In this document: positions 1 to 35,988 of the stretch, in pieces
Position numbering within the stretch: position 1 is the stretch's first letter
How the letters are laid out: each line of letters opens with the position of its first letter
Assembly: GCF_009914755.1 (NCBI RefSeq)
Contig: NC_060947.1
Length of the DNA: 64,000 nucleotides
Direction: 5' to 3' (one strand)
Source: the human T2T-CHM13v2.0 reference genome, Homo sapiens
Notes under the pieces: generated by a model
What the model saw: only the letters and a program-made list of their open reading frames with translations
Database searches by the model: none
Told to the model about the DNA's origin: nothing
Made by a program: the position numbers and the translations under genes

Positions 1-159
1 GAAGGGGGAACGAAGCCCGGGAAGGCGCTTTTAGCGGGGGCGTGGCGAGGCCCTCGGGTTTCCCAGCCCCCTCTCAACCCGGGGACCGGCAGGGCTGGCC
101 TGGTGCCTTAAGCATGCTCTGGCTGCTTTCCTGGCTATCTCGGGGTAGTGGAGACTCAC

Positions 160-377
160 GAAGCACCGGCCCGGCGATGCTGAACAGGAAGGTGCAAGCG
201 CCGCCCGCGACCCAGAGCACCAGGAGGCCGACGGCAAGCACTGCGGCCAGGCAGGCTGCAGGGTGGCTGCGGCGGCAGCGGCGCACAGCTGCGCGGGTCT
301 CAGCTGCCCACACCAGCACGCCGAGGGCCACCGCCACTACCAGCGCGCTCAGGAGCGTATGAAGTGGCCGCACGTAC
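160..377 (-). CDS. PRAF2: PRAF2 coding exon 2 (PRA1 family protein 2); exon 3 lies outside the window
   Basis: CAG acceptor at 380-378, GTGAG donor at 159-155. Translates (G)YVRPLHTLLSALVVAVALGVLVWAAETRAAVRRCRRSHPAACLAAVLAVGLLVLWVAGGACTFLFSIAGPVL, hydrophobic PRA1 helices, in phase with exon 1. Confidence 0.96.
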
Positions 378-1535
378 CTGCGGGTACAAGGGAACCAAGC
401 TAGCCGGCCGGGCGGAGAGACGGCCTCCGGACCACCACCCACCCTGGGCCCCAAGAGCCAGGGTCTCCCGTCTCCGGACACTCCAGCCTGGCACATCCTC
501 CCACCAGCCCTATCTCCAGCAGGCCCATCTGCCAGGGCTCCCGACTCACCCTTGTAGACCCCTCCTTTCCTCCTTGTCAATTCCACTGTCCTGTCTTCCT
601 CAGGTCCCCGCTTCAGGCCCTCCCATCCTGCTAGACACTCCCCACACCCCCGGGCTCCCAACACTTCCCTGGACTTTCCTTCCGACTCTGCCCCCGTAGG
701 GCCCCTCATCAGCCTGCCCGCAAGCTCCCCCTTTAACACCAGCCCCTGCAAATCCCTCTTTCAGGCCTTCTGTCTTCACACGTTCCCCTCTCCCCAGGCC
801 TAGGGTCCTTATAGAACCGCCCTCCAGGCTCCCATTTCCCTATAGATTCCTCCCTCCATCATTGCTAGGACCTCTTCCAGGTCGTCAGCCCCACTCTGAA
901 CTTTCAGCACTGCTCAAGTCCTTCCTCCAGATTCTCCATCCCTCTCTGGTCTCAGGCTTTCCAACCATGGATCCTCCTCCTGGGCCCAAGTTCCCCAACA
1001 GGTACCTGCCCCTGGCGCCTTCCAATCATAGCCAGGCTCCCCTCCAAGACCGGATCCCCAATAAATACATCTTCCAAACCCTCCAACTTTACCGTCTATT
1101 TCCCGGTCTCTGCCCTAAGTACTCCAGGGTCGGCCTCAATCTGGCCCCATCATTCACATCACACCCCCCCTACGCCCCTCAAGTACTCTCATGTCCCCCT
1201 TTCGGGCCCTCCTTTTTTTCCGGTTCACCTTCCAGCCCACTTTCCCCTTCAGTCCCACACTTGTCTCCATCCTCCCCATATCTTCCTTGCAGACCCCCAT
1301 CCCCCGCAGGCCCTCCTCATCAGCCAGGCTCCATCTCCCTGAGGCCCTCCTTATAACTAGGCTCCACCTCCTTCAAGGCCCCCCTTCCAAGCCCCTCAGG
1401 CCGTCCATCTCTACTGACTTCGCCCTTCCCGGCCTTGCACCTCCCTCAGGTTCCCCGTCCTGGTCCTCAAAGACCTGTGGGTCTACCCCCACGCTCTGCA
1501 GACGTCCCTGGCCAACCGGCGCCTCCCTCCCTCAC

Positions 1536-1714
1536 CCGGCGAGAGCGAGGCCGATGCCGAAGCAGAGAAGGTAGTTGGTTTGGTAGTAGAGGAGGTTGTT
1601 GATGACGCGGTGGCACCATCGCTGCGGGTCGCATGGATCCGGAGCCGCCAGACGCGCCGACCCCAGAACAAAGTCGTCCAGGGCGCGTAGCGGTGGCAGC
1701 CGCACCTCCGACAT
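1536..1714 (-). CDS. PRAF2: PRAF2 coding exon 1
   Basis: ATG at 1714, MSEVRLPPLRALDDFVLG...RVINNLLYYQTNY (PRA1 signature NLLYYQTNY), GTGAG donor at 1535-1531. Confidence 0.97.
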
Positions 1715-2030
1715 CCTGCCGGTTAATGTGGCTGGACCAGCCAGGAGGGGGCCGGACTACAACAACCGTTACGCCCCTCGCCACCGCGGGGCACACCGGG
1801 AAATGGAGTCTGGGCTGGGCAGCTTTTTCCTAACCTCCTAGGTGGATTGCGCAGGGGCGGCGATGCACGTGACCGGAAAAGCAACTAACACGCCGCTCAG
1901 GAAAGCAGCAAAGGCTGCCGGGAAATCAAGCCTTTGCCACGAAGCGAGATGCTCCCAACCCTTAAAACTGCCATCCACCCCCGCGCGGGGCGCCGCAGGG
2001 GCTGCTCCGGGCGGTGCCAGCGGCTCAAGC
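1715..2030 (-). promoter_or_regulatory. PRAF2: PRAF2 CpG-island promoter with GC box, E-box/CLEAR-like and ETS motifs
   Basis: CpG-rich. GGGGCGG at 1854-1860, CACGTGAC at 1866-1873, CCGGAA at 1873-1878. Confidence 0.75.
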
Positions 2031-2183
2031 ACAAAGTAGCCAGACAGATAAGAAAGGAGGGACTGTCACAAGGATCCGAGTTGGATTCCACCTCCTTCCT
2101 GTCAGCGCCCAAGAGGGTCACATTTCTCCAGGAAACTCCATGCCCCGCCCCTGAGGTCAAGCCGTAAATGCCATTAAGGGCCT

Positions 2184-2189
2184 TTTATT
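2184..2189 (-). terminator. WDR45: WDR45 distal polyadenylation signal AATAAA
   Basis: tttatt on the plus strand, ~340 nt after the stop codon. Confidence 0.75.
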
Positions 2190-2383
2190 CGTATTCATCA
2201 CATCGGAGATCATCTCTTCCTAGGAAGCTTTTAAAAAATCCCCAGGTTGGATTAGGGCACTCCCTCTGGGTCCCTGGCAATTTCCTCCAGGTTAGGGATC
2301 CCAAGGGGTCGCTGCCTTCCTGGGTCTCTGGCCTGGCCCTTGGGGCACACAGTCATCAAGAAGTGCTGGGGGGAAGTGAGCTC

Positions 2384-2389
2384 TTTATT
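2384..2389 (-). terminator. WDR45: WDR45 proximal polyadenylation signal AATAAA (alternative)
   Basis: tttatt on the plus strand, ~140 nt after the stop codon. Confidence 0.6.
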
Positions 2390-2529
2390 TAGACATAGCT
2401 CTGCTGAGTGGAAAGTGGGCACCAGCCCCATTAATGCTTGCTGGCTGGTGGCTTCCAAGCACGCCCCACTGCCAAGGCTCAGCTCTGCAGTTCTGCCACT
2501 GCAGGTCCCTAGCACAGCCCCCAGGGTCC

Positions 2530-2664
<135 letters not shown>

Positions 2665-2800
2665 TCAGAGGCTGCCACAGCCACAGGCTCCAGTCCTCTC
2701 AGGCATCTCAGGACCTAGGGTCTGCCTCCAGGCCTTTGCCCAGTGCTGTCCCCCTTACTGATGATGAAGCTGAGCCTCACATGGCCCTAAAATCCTTTCA

Positions 2801-3724
<924 letters not shown>

Positions 3725-4022
3725 TCAGAATGGACAGAGCTGGATGAGGACCAGACTTCAACCCTCCACGATAAGCTTAACCCGAAGAACCCTGAGGGGG
3801 CTCAGCTCAGCTGCACGCCCCGCCAGCTAGGCAGATTCCATTCCTTGCTCTGCAGCTGTGGAATCTAGTAAGCTGCTATCACAGCCCCAGAAGCTCAGGG
3901 ATCCCTGACACACCCACCCATGTCCTCACGAGGTGTTTTTGCTCTGCCACTGGGGTAGCCAGGGGTGGGGCAGGTCCGGAGGTGGGGAGAACTGGCTGAG
4001 GGCTGGAAAGATGGAGAGGCTA

Positions 4023-4310
<288 letters not shown>

Positions 4311-4370
4311 CTATCCCTCTCACTTACTGTGGGGACCTCCTACCTCCCACCCCGGTCCTCCTCAGGCTCA

Positions 4371-4568
<198 letters not shown>

Positions 4569-5177
4569 TCAACCTACTTGCTTAGCCTTTCAATAAACAA
4601 CCAGTGAGATCCTCGCACAGCACGAGCACTTGTGGATATGATCCCTGAGAGGAGTGTTCTAGACTGTTACACTCATCTACAGATGAGGAAACTGAGGTTC
4701 AAAGTGGTTGAGTGTCTGGCCAAGGACCTCAAAGCTCATCAGCAACCAAACAGGGACTCACACTCAGGCCTGTAACTTCCCCTCGGTAACTATTTCTGCC
4801 TCCAGGGTCCTAGTCCATGCACCCTGGAGATTTCCGTGAGGAATCCTAGGGCTCTGTGACTCACCTAGGGCAACTCCTGCCTTGTCCAGATGGGATCATC
4901 AAGAAAAACCCTTAAAGTAAGATGGCACTTGAGGCTCAAGCCAAGGGGGTATTGGGAAGACGGCTCCAAGATTTTAAAACCTATTGCTTGTGTGACCTTG
5001 GATGAGTCACTTAACTGCACTGGGCCTCAGTTTCCTCATCGGTAAAGATGGGGATAATGATCCTTCCTACCCCATAGAGTTACTGTGAGGATTAAATGAG
5101 TTAATAAACGTAAAGTGCTTAGGGCAGTTCCAGGCTCACAGTAAGTGCTCTAGGGCATGGCACACAGGAGGCACTCA

Positions 5178-5666
<489 letters not shown>

Positions 5667-5767
5667 TTAAAGAATGCCCAGGTAGGAAGCTGGGGGCCCA
5701 TGGCCCACTTCTGACCCCTCTTTTCCTCGCTTCCTCCCACAAGGGTACAGGCCCAATCCTCTCTCAC

Positions 5768-6293
<526 letters not shown>

Positions 6294-7477
6294 CTAAGCT
6301 CCCAAGATCCCAAACAACATGGCCAGGAACCCTCCTTCTTTCAGGTTTGGCAAGCTCCAGGCCCACACTGACGTGGACCCCACACCTCCTCTTTACATGC
6401 TGGCCCTCACTGACTTGTCAGGAAGTAATGTGATAGGGGGTGCCCCCGTGATATCTCCTCCCCACCGCCAGCCAATCTTGATCCCAATGCCAGACATGGC
6501 CTGGAACCACTCCCAACCCATTTCTCATCTTCAAACCTGACCTAGCACCGGACTCTCTCAATAAATAGACAAAAGTGGGCTAGGAGATGCACTTCTTGTA
6601 CCTCCCTGACTTGGCCCTGGGACTGCTATGCTTGGTCTGCCATCCCCAGGAACTCCTCTGCTCATACCCTTCTAACTGTACCCCAACCTATTTGACCACC
6701 CCAGAGTCCTCTCACACCTTTCCCCCTCAACCGGCTTCCCCAAACTCCTTCAGGATGCCTACCTTGGGATGACCCCTTCTCATGCCTTGGTAACTACCCT
6801 TCAGGGCCAGCCTAGACATTCCCTTAGATTGGCTTATGCCCTGGGGACTCTACCCTAGGATTACCCCTAGCACTCTAAATTTTCCACCCCTGGGACATCT
6901 CCTTCCTTGTGTTCTGCTGTCCTTGACTACAACATAACCTGGCCTGGACCCAACCCCAGGAACGCCCCCCATCCTCCTAAGATTCCCCCTCTAGACCCCT
7001 ATCCAAGACCCCGCCCCAGGGCACCCTTGCCTTCTAAGACCCTTGCCCAAAACAAACCACCCAAAACTCCTACCTAGGAGAACCTCAACCCCTAAGATGC
7101 CTGCGCAGTCCCCTACTAAGATTACTGCCATAGAGCCCCCAACTTCCCTTCAAATCCTCAACTCCCCAATAACTCTGGCCAGACATACTCCCTCCCCCAT
7201 CCTCCAAGAGTCCAAATCTCCTTCCTTTCTTTCAGTTACACCCTCCACTGGAATGCCTCATGCTCTTTCTTTGGACAGCTCTGCCTTAGAGTTATTCTCT
7301 GGACAGCTCCAACTTTCAACACCCCTTTTTTGCACCTCCATTCCAAGACTCTGTCCGGGATGCCTCGCCCCTCTCCCAAGACCAGCCGCATGCTCCTTCC
7401 AACGCCAGCACCCACTCAAGACCTCTGCCTTAGACCCCTACTCGAAAGACTTCCAGCCTCCCCCAGACCCAACCAAC

Positions 7478-8050
7478 CCTGGGATCGTGCTCCAGCTTCC
7501 TGCCGCCTTCACCGGCCTGACCTCCGCGTGTCCCTGACCCGGGCCCCAGCTGTCGGTGCCGCCCGCGGCCCGGTTTTCTGACCTCCCGGGCCTTGGAGCC
7601 CGGCTCGGGTGTTTACATCAGGCCCTACTTCCGGGGGAGGGAGCCTGTCGCAGGAAATGACTCACCCCAGCTGGAAAAAGGCGGCCACCGCCTTCCTCGC
7701 CTAGTTCCCGGGTCTTCGGAGCATCGCGAGTGACAGTGGGGTTCTCCGGGGAGGGCGCGGGGAGCGGAGGAAGGTTGGCTGGGGGACCGGAGGCGAAGGG
7801 GGTTCCTCAAGGCCGAGACTGTCTGAGGGAACCCGGAAGGGTGGGGAGAGAGAGCGTGCCTTGCCCCCAGCAAAGCGAAACCGGCCAAGCCCTCAGCCCC
7901 TTGGTCACCCACAATGGGGGAGTAAACCTTCCCTGCTAACAAGACGCGGACCTCCGCGGCGGCCGAGAGTAGCCGCACCGGTTCGCAACACACAGTCCTC
8001 CCAGGCTTCCAGAGGGGCGGCGCTGGGGGTTACAGGCGGGGGCGGACCTG
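7478..8050 (-). promoter_or_regulatory. WDR45: WDR45 proximal CpG-island promoter and non-coding first exon(s)
   Basis: CpG-rich. Candidate donors after 7478 (GTTGGT), 7583 (GTCAGA) and 7666 (GTGAGT). FOXO TGTTTAC at 7610-7616, ETS ACTTCCGG at 7627-7634, ETS/AP-1 CAGGAAATGACTCA at 7651-7664. Exact exon bounds uncertain. Confidence 0.75.
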
Positions 8051-8151
8051 GAGACCTTGAAAGTGGAGAAACCTCCTTGGCTCCGGGAAGCCAAGGAACA
8101 GATTTCGCTTTCTTTCTCCCCACCCTGTCCCCCCAACCCCGCCAGCTCTGA

Positions 8152-12657
<4,506 letters not shown>

Positions 12658-12659
12658 GA

Positions 12660-13315
12660 AACAATGATTTTTAAGACATTAGACATCAGGCACCAAAGGA
12701 CAGTGATCCCTGAAAGATGGGAAACAACGTGAGCACTACAACTGTCCCAGCACACTGCCTGGAGAGCTTCCATGCTATGGCACTGGAACGGGAAACTGAG
12801 GCAGCGCCTGGTGGACTCCCTAAGTTGAGGTGGTCCAGAGAGACAAGGGCAGCTGGAGTTAAAAGGACAGAATGTCAGCAGAGAGGAGCACAGAGAATCA
12901 CAGAGATCTGCAGAGGGTCCCCCTTCAGTATTTAGCGGAGTGCTTATCAACACATGCATATGAGGCAGCTACCTAAGGCCAGGAAAAGAACCATCCAAAT
13001 GGATTGGAGGGAACAGGTCCTGACACTCACATGGAGCTTCTGAAAATAGTGCCTGCACCCACCAACCAGACTGGAAAACTCATAATTCACAGGGCATAGA
13101 GTACACAGGAATGTCTTGTCTCAGTTGTGGGGAGTAACTAGCCCTAGACTTAGTATTGCTCCAGGCTCACTTTACACATCATAAAAGAAGACCCTAAAAG
13201 ATCCTTAGGAATAACAAAGATTGATAAGAATTAAAAAAGACCCAGCTCCTAAAAAGGTAAAGTTGACAATGTCTGTTATCCAAACAAAGATTACCAGGCA
13301 TAAAAAGAAGCAGGA
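12660..13315 (+). mobile_element. Old L1 (L1M-type) 5' region fragment
   Basis: ggacagtgatccctgaaagatgggaaacaa and aaagattaccaggcat resemble L1M 5'UTR/ORF1-leader sequence. Confidence 0.6.
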
Positions 13316-20110
<6,795 letters not shown>

Positions 20111-20199
20111 TTTCAAAACAAATACCTAACACTTCTGTTTCTTGGACCAATTTTTTTTTTAACTTGCCCTGCCCCCACCACCTGCTTGGACCAAAATAT

Positions 20200-20625
20200 A
20201 ATACCTATTTATGTCCTAAAAAAATAGTAGCAGTTTAGAAAATCGACAACACATAGATAGAAAAAAAAATTGTTAAATAACTACAATTGCTTATTAATGG
20301 ATGCATGTTTGTTAGACTCTGCACACCTTCCCAAACCTTAATCAGATTGTCTGATATCACCTAAATCACTTTATCCATGCTGATTTTTGTCAGGTGTTTG
20401 CTTTTTATCACAGAAACTGCTGTAAACCCAGCTTTGCAAAAAGATGTCATTGAAAGAAAAGTAGTTCAATGTAACTTTGAAACTTTGAACTCCCTTGAAT
20501 AGTTTATGAGGTATCTGACATGTTGAGTACCCATATATTTCCCTCAAACAATTTAAAGCATCTTACAGCGTCCCTGAGAATTCACTATGGCACTCTGAGG
20601 TGCCTCAACACAGTTTGGGAACTGC
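20200..20625. mobile_element. hAT/Charlie-like DNA transposon remnant
   Basis: Terminal-like ggcactctgaggtgcctcaacacagtttgggaactg; AT-rich body. Family assigned from memory. Confidence 0.45.
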
Positions 20626-20633
20626 AATCCTAA

Positions 20634-27130
<6,497 letters not shown>

Positions 27131-27246
27131 CTACCCAGTACTCCAGTTCCCACACACTCACAGTTAAAATAGCAACCTTTTTCCTCATTCCTGAGAAAAG
27201 AGGGATAAAATAACAATCTAAGAGAAAAGGAAAGAACAATGTTTCT

Positions 27247-27661
<415 letters not shown>

Positions 27662-27976
27662 TGGCTGTTTTCAGCAGTGGAGGCAGCACTACGCTATTGG
27701 AGTTTCTAAGCTAATTAAGGGAATTTTTTCCCACTTAGTGAAAGCTGGGGCCTCAGGGCTCAGGCTTCCTAACATTTTGGGCACCCAGTTAAAAGATCAA
27801 CAGTCCCCTGTCCCTTCAGCATGTGACTCACCCCAGGGCAATGAACTGGGCCCACGGCTCCATCTGCATCTATATCCCTGTAAATCATGGATTTATACAT
27901 ATTGGTGCATACGTTTATAATGCTTGCAATATATACTTCCATTTCAACTTACATATATATAAAATGTAACAATTTC

Positions 27977-28283
<307 letters not shown>

Positions 28284-28329
28284 AAAATGTAACAATTTCA
28301 ACCTGTAAAAAGATAAGTGGTCACCTTAC

Positions 28330-28630
28330 CTATGATGTGGATTAAATAAGACGTGTCAACGCAGCCATCCTGCCCCATCCGACCAGACCTTAATGCTCCA
28401 AAACCATCAGTTTGCGCCTGGAAAACTGGGGAAAGTGTTTATTCCCTTACACAGGCTTCGCCAAAGGCCCTGACACTTAGGGCTTTTTCACTGCTGCAAA
28501 CGTTGGACCGGCTTGTGAGAAGGAGTACAGTTAATCTAACTTTGGTATACTGTATCCAGAGACCACAGAGGGCTCGCTCTGCGATTTATGGTGCGAGGAA
28601 GACCAGACACCCGCTGTGCCCGTCCTACTC
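28330..28630 (-). other. WDR45: Candidate distal 5'UTR exon of the long WDR45 isoform
   Basis: Acceptor tttgatctgCAG at 28633-28631 and strong donor ATAG|GTAAGG after 28330. A candidate first exon ends at 28798 (GAG|GTTAGT). [10 protein letters not shown] with my recollection that WDR45 has a TSS ~27 kb from its 3' end. Confidence 0.5.
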
Positions 28631-28689
28631 CTGCAGATCAAACTCAAAGCCACACTTTCCGGAGTGAGAAACGGGACAGTAAATGAACG

Positions 28690-29530
28690 CAGGAACCACG
28701 GTGCGCAGGCACAGAACCCCGCTGGGTTTGCTACGAAGGTTGAGGTGGAAGCGCCCAGCGCACCAGGCGCCACGGCCCGGTGTGTGACCTCACTAACCTC
28801 CACCAGCGCGCACCCTGTCCTGCCCCTTCACGGGCGAACAACCCCACACGAGGCAGTGGTGTGGGAGCCAGTACCCGGAACCGTAAAAGCACGACTTTCC
28901 CGGAGCCCAGGCACTGAATGGCACCCACTGCGCATGCCCCAGAGCGGCGACGAATGGGAGCCCGGAGCGCAGGGGCGGAGGCGCGCCCGGGCAGCTACCG
29001 AGAAGCGCCAATCAACCATCGACCAATCAGATCATCACCGTCAATCGTCATCGACCAATCAGAGCCCACCGCGCCCCGGCCTTAAGCCAGTTGCTTGTTC
29101 CGCGGCGGGAGGGTTGGGTCAAGACTAAGCCTTCGGGGGAGAGGGCAACGCGGTGGGCGGGAGAGAGGCCGAGGGCCGCTCGGGTCTGGGAGTGCCAACA
29201 GGACGGGATGGGCACGAGCATGCCGGGCCCCGCGCGGGGGAGGGGCTCTTTCCTTACCCCACACAAAAAGGTGTGCCCGGGTTGGCTGCCCCTGCCCAGT
29301 GTTGTGGCTCCATGTGGACGCTTTCGTGCGCGCGTCCCTGCCCCGCGCGCGGCAGGCCATTCCAGGCTGTGGGCTGCGGGCTCTGGGGTCCGAGGGTCGG
29401 ACACGCTGGGGAGTGGACACCCCTAGGGTCACACAGACAGGGCTTTGGACACCCACAGGGGCACACACATTGGGGAGTGGGCACTCCTGGGGTCACACAG
29501 ACCGAGGTGCAGGGATGTAGGGGGCGCCCG
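28690..29530. promoter_or_regulatory. CpG island / bidirectional promoter (distal WDR45 promoter)
   Basis: High CpG density. NRF1-like TGCGCATGC at 28929-28937; CCAAT at 29008, 29023 and 29055. Confidence 0.8.
29401..29502. repeat. Degenerate direct repeat (64-bp period, ~32-bp subunits)
   Basis: acacgctggggagtggacacccctagggtcacacagac vs acacattggggagtgggcactcctggggtcacacagac. Confidence 0.75.
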
Positions 29531-30571
29531 TCCAGGGGTAGTTGGTGGTGGCTGAGGGTGAGGGCAAGGTAAGGACTGGGAGGAGATTTCTGGTTCCCTG
29601 ACTGGGCCAGGGTTTTCCTGTGCAGGTGAGGGGAGTAGGCCGGGGCCTCTCGTTGGTGGGGAGGGCTCCAGGAGCCTGTCCCAACCCTGCAGGCCTCTGG
29701 CTGAGCCTCACAGAAGGGAGCTCTGAGATGGGCTGTGCAGCAGGGGAAAGAAAAAGAGAGGTCGGTCGCCTGTTCTGGGTTCTTGACCATCCACCAGTGG
29801 TGGTGGAGCCTGGAAGTCTGAGGGAGGAGGGTGAGGAGGCGCTTGAGGGACGGGGGGAATCTAGGCGTCAGGAATGATAGTTCGTTGATCCAAATTACCC
29901 AGTAATGGATAATTTTAACACGTGCCAACCTCTCCTGATTACGTGAATAATTTCACTGCGTCTTCACAACAACCTTAACTACTATTATCATCGTTGCGTT
30001 CTGGATGAGAGACCTAAGGCCCTGTAGGGGTTACCAGAAGGCACACAGCTGAGCAGAGCCAGGGCCAGGGTCAGGCTGTGCACTCTGGACTCTGTGTTCT
30101 GACCATGCGTCACTGACTCTACAGATGTCTCTCCTTTCTGTGCTCACCCTGTCCTCATTCCGCCCCCGGCAGGACAGAGGGCCCCTGAAGCATCCATTTG
30201 CCCACAGCATCAGTGAACTGTGTAGAACTCTCTGTGCAAGGGAGCTGGCCCCTGTGCACCCTGAGTCGTTTTTCTTCTCTGGCTCCCCACGCAGGGGCAG
30301 TGAACAGAGGACAGGGAAGCTTTGTAGGAAGAGGGCAGTAAATCACAGCATAGTTATCCAGACTGCAATTATTTACTTAGTGCATTCAGGGTCTTGTATT
30401 AGGTGGTGGGGATTCCGCGCTGAACCAGACAGACAAGGGTCCTGTTCCTGCCTGCCCTCGGGGTGTGTTTTGGGAATTCCTCCTTGAGGGTGCTTTGGCA
30501 CTGAATGGGCAGAGGTCTGGTGCTGGGGGGCTGTCCCACACCAGCAAGACTTGTAATGTACATGAATGTGA

Positions 30572-33840
<3,269 letters not shown>

Positions 33841-33914
33841 ATAATTTTATCTTGGCCCCCATGTGGCACCTCACAGCTTGGGAACAACAATTTCTCACGT
33901 TTCCTCAGCTCCAA

Positions 33915-35076
33915 CCACCACTCACAAGCTGTGTGACCTCGAGCAAGGCACCCAAGCTCCTCTGGACCTCAGCTTCCCTGTCAGTACAATGGGGATAACA
34001 ATAGTGCTTACTTTATGGGGTCATTTGTGAATGTGAGATGAGTTAATAAATGGAAAGCACTTAGAAAAACCTCTGGAACCACTGAATCAAACTGGATATC
34101 ATTATTGATCCCTCATTCAATCCTTCAATACCCATTTAGTGTCGTCTGTCCAGATGCTGCAGATACGCCTAGCACACAGTGACTGCTCAGCGAACAGTGT
34201 CACAATGAACATGTGCAATGGCCTTGAAGGCCACATTGGGACTTGCCCTGATCAGCAGGTTGGAGGTGCTCCAGGCCCGAAGCTTAGCTGTGAGTGGGGA
34301 CATGGGAGGGAGGTTGGAACTACCACTGCAGAAGGGGCTCTGAACCTAGGTTCAGGAGAGAGGCTTTGAACTTGCATGTGTGGGGAGCCATGGAAGTTTC
34401 CAGGAAGGACTGCAGGTCCCACCTGGAGATGTGCAGTTCCTCCTTCAGGTACCTGGGAATGTCAGTCACACCCCAGACCTGCTCAGCTCCTCCAAACTGC
34501 TGTTCCTGTATCTGAGAGCTTCAAGTCCCCAAATGGCCTATCTAATACATGGGGAAACTGAGGCCTGGGGAGGCCTGGGGACTGAGCTAGCATTCACTTG
34601 TGGAAATAGTCTGGCATCACCTGAAGAAGTTAGAGACATGCAAATCCTACGTCCTCAGATTCCCCTCTGAGAGTCTGCGTGCCTATGTGAACCAGGAGAC
34701 ATGTGCGGGAGTGAACACTGCAGTGTTACTCCAAACAGCAAGAACCAGAAACAGCCCAAAGGGCCGTTACAGGAGAATATGGACACCCAGGCTGCACATG
34801 CACACCATGGAATGCTGTATGGCAGTGGAAATAAATGAACAGCTACCCCTACAGGCAAACAGGAATCACAGCAACAGCTGGGAGTGACGGCGTGAAGCAG
34901 AGGGACAAGAATGTGCACTCATGCCCGGTCTGCCTGGCTTACAATCCTGGCTCTCTGCTTGCCAGCTAGAACTATCATGCAAATCATTTAACCACTCGGT
35001 GCCTCAGTTCCCTCATATGTAAAATGGACATGGTAACAGTGTGTATCCCACAGGCCATTATGAGGATTTAAATGAT
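33915..35076. mobile_element. MIR fragments (~33915-34085, ~34930-35076) and an old L1 3' fragment (~34590-34880)
   Basis: MIR core-like cctcagttccctcatatgtaaaatgg; L1ME-like ccatggaatgctgtatggcagtggaaataaatgaac. Confidence 0.6.
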
Positions 35077-35079
35077 TTA

Positions 35080-35484
<405 letters not shown>

Positions 35485-35644
35485 CTACATGAGTGTTAAG
35501 AGAAAGCCGGCTGGGTGTGGTGGCTCACGCCTGTAATCACAGCACTTTGGGAGACTGAGATGGACGGATCACCTGAGGTCAGGAGTTCGAGACCAGCCTA
35601 GCCAACATGGAGAAACCCTGTCTCTACTAAAAATACAAAAATTA

Positions 35645-35988
<344 letters not shown>

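Noticed and set aside
74-751. 225-aa minus-strand ORF as a standalone gene
   Set aside because: Only 160-377 is PRAF2 exon 2; the rest is open intronic frame in G-rich sequence.
862-1574. Pro/Ser-rich plus-strand ORFs in PRAF2 intron 1 (also 7043-7537)
   Set aside because: By-products of C-rich compositional skew; no domain resemblance or supporting gene structure.
29611-29630. ttttcctgtgcag|gtgag as a recursive splice site
   Set aside because: Only 57 nt from the upstream donor at 29569, too short for a typical intron; more simply an alternative donor.
28616-29928. Overlapping 110-224 aa ORFs on both strands of the distal CpG island
   Set aside because: Stop codons are scarce in GC-rich DNA; no recognisable protein family and several lack a true ATG start.
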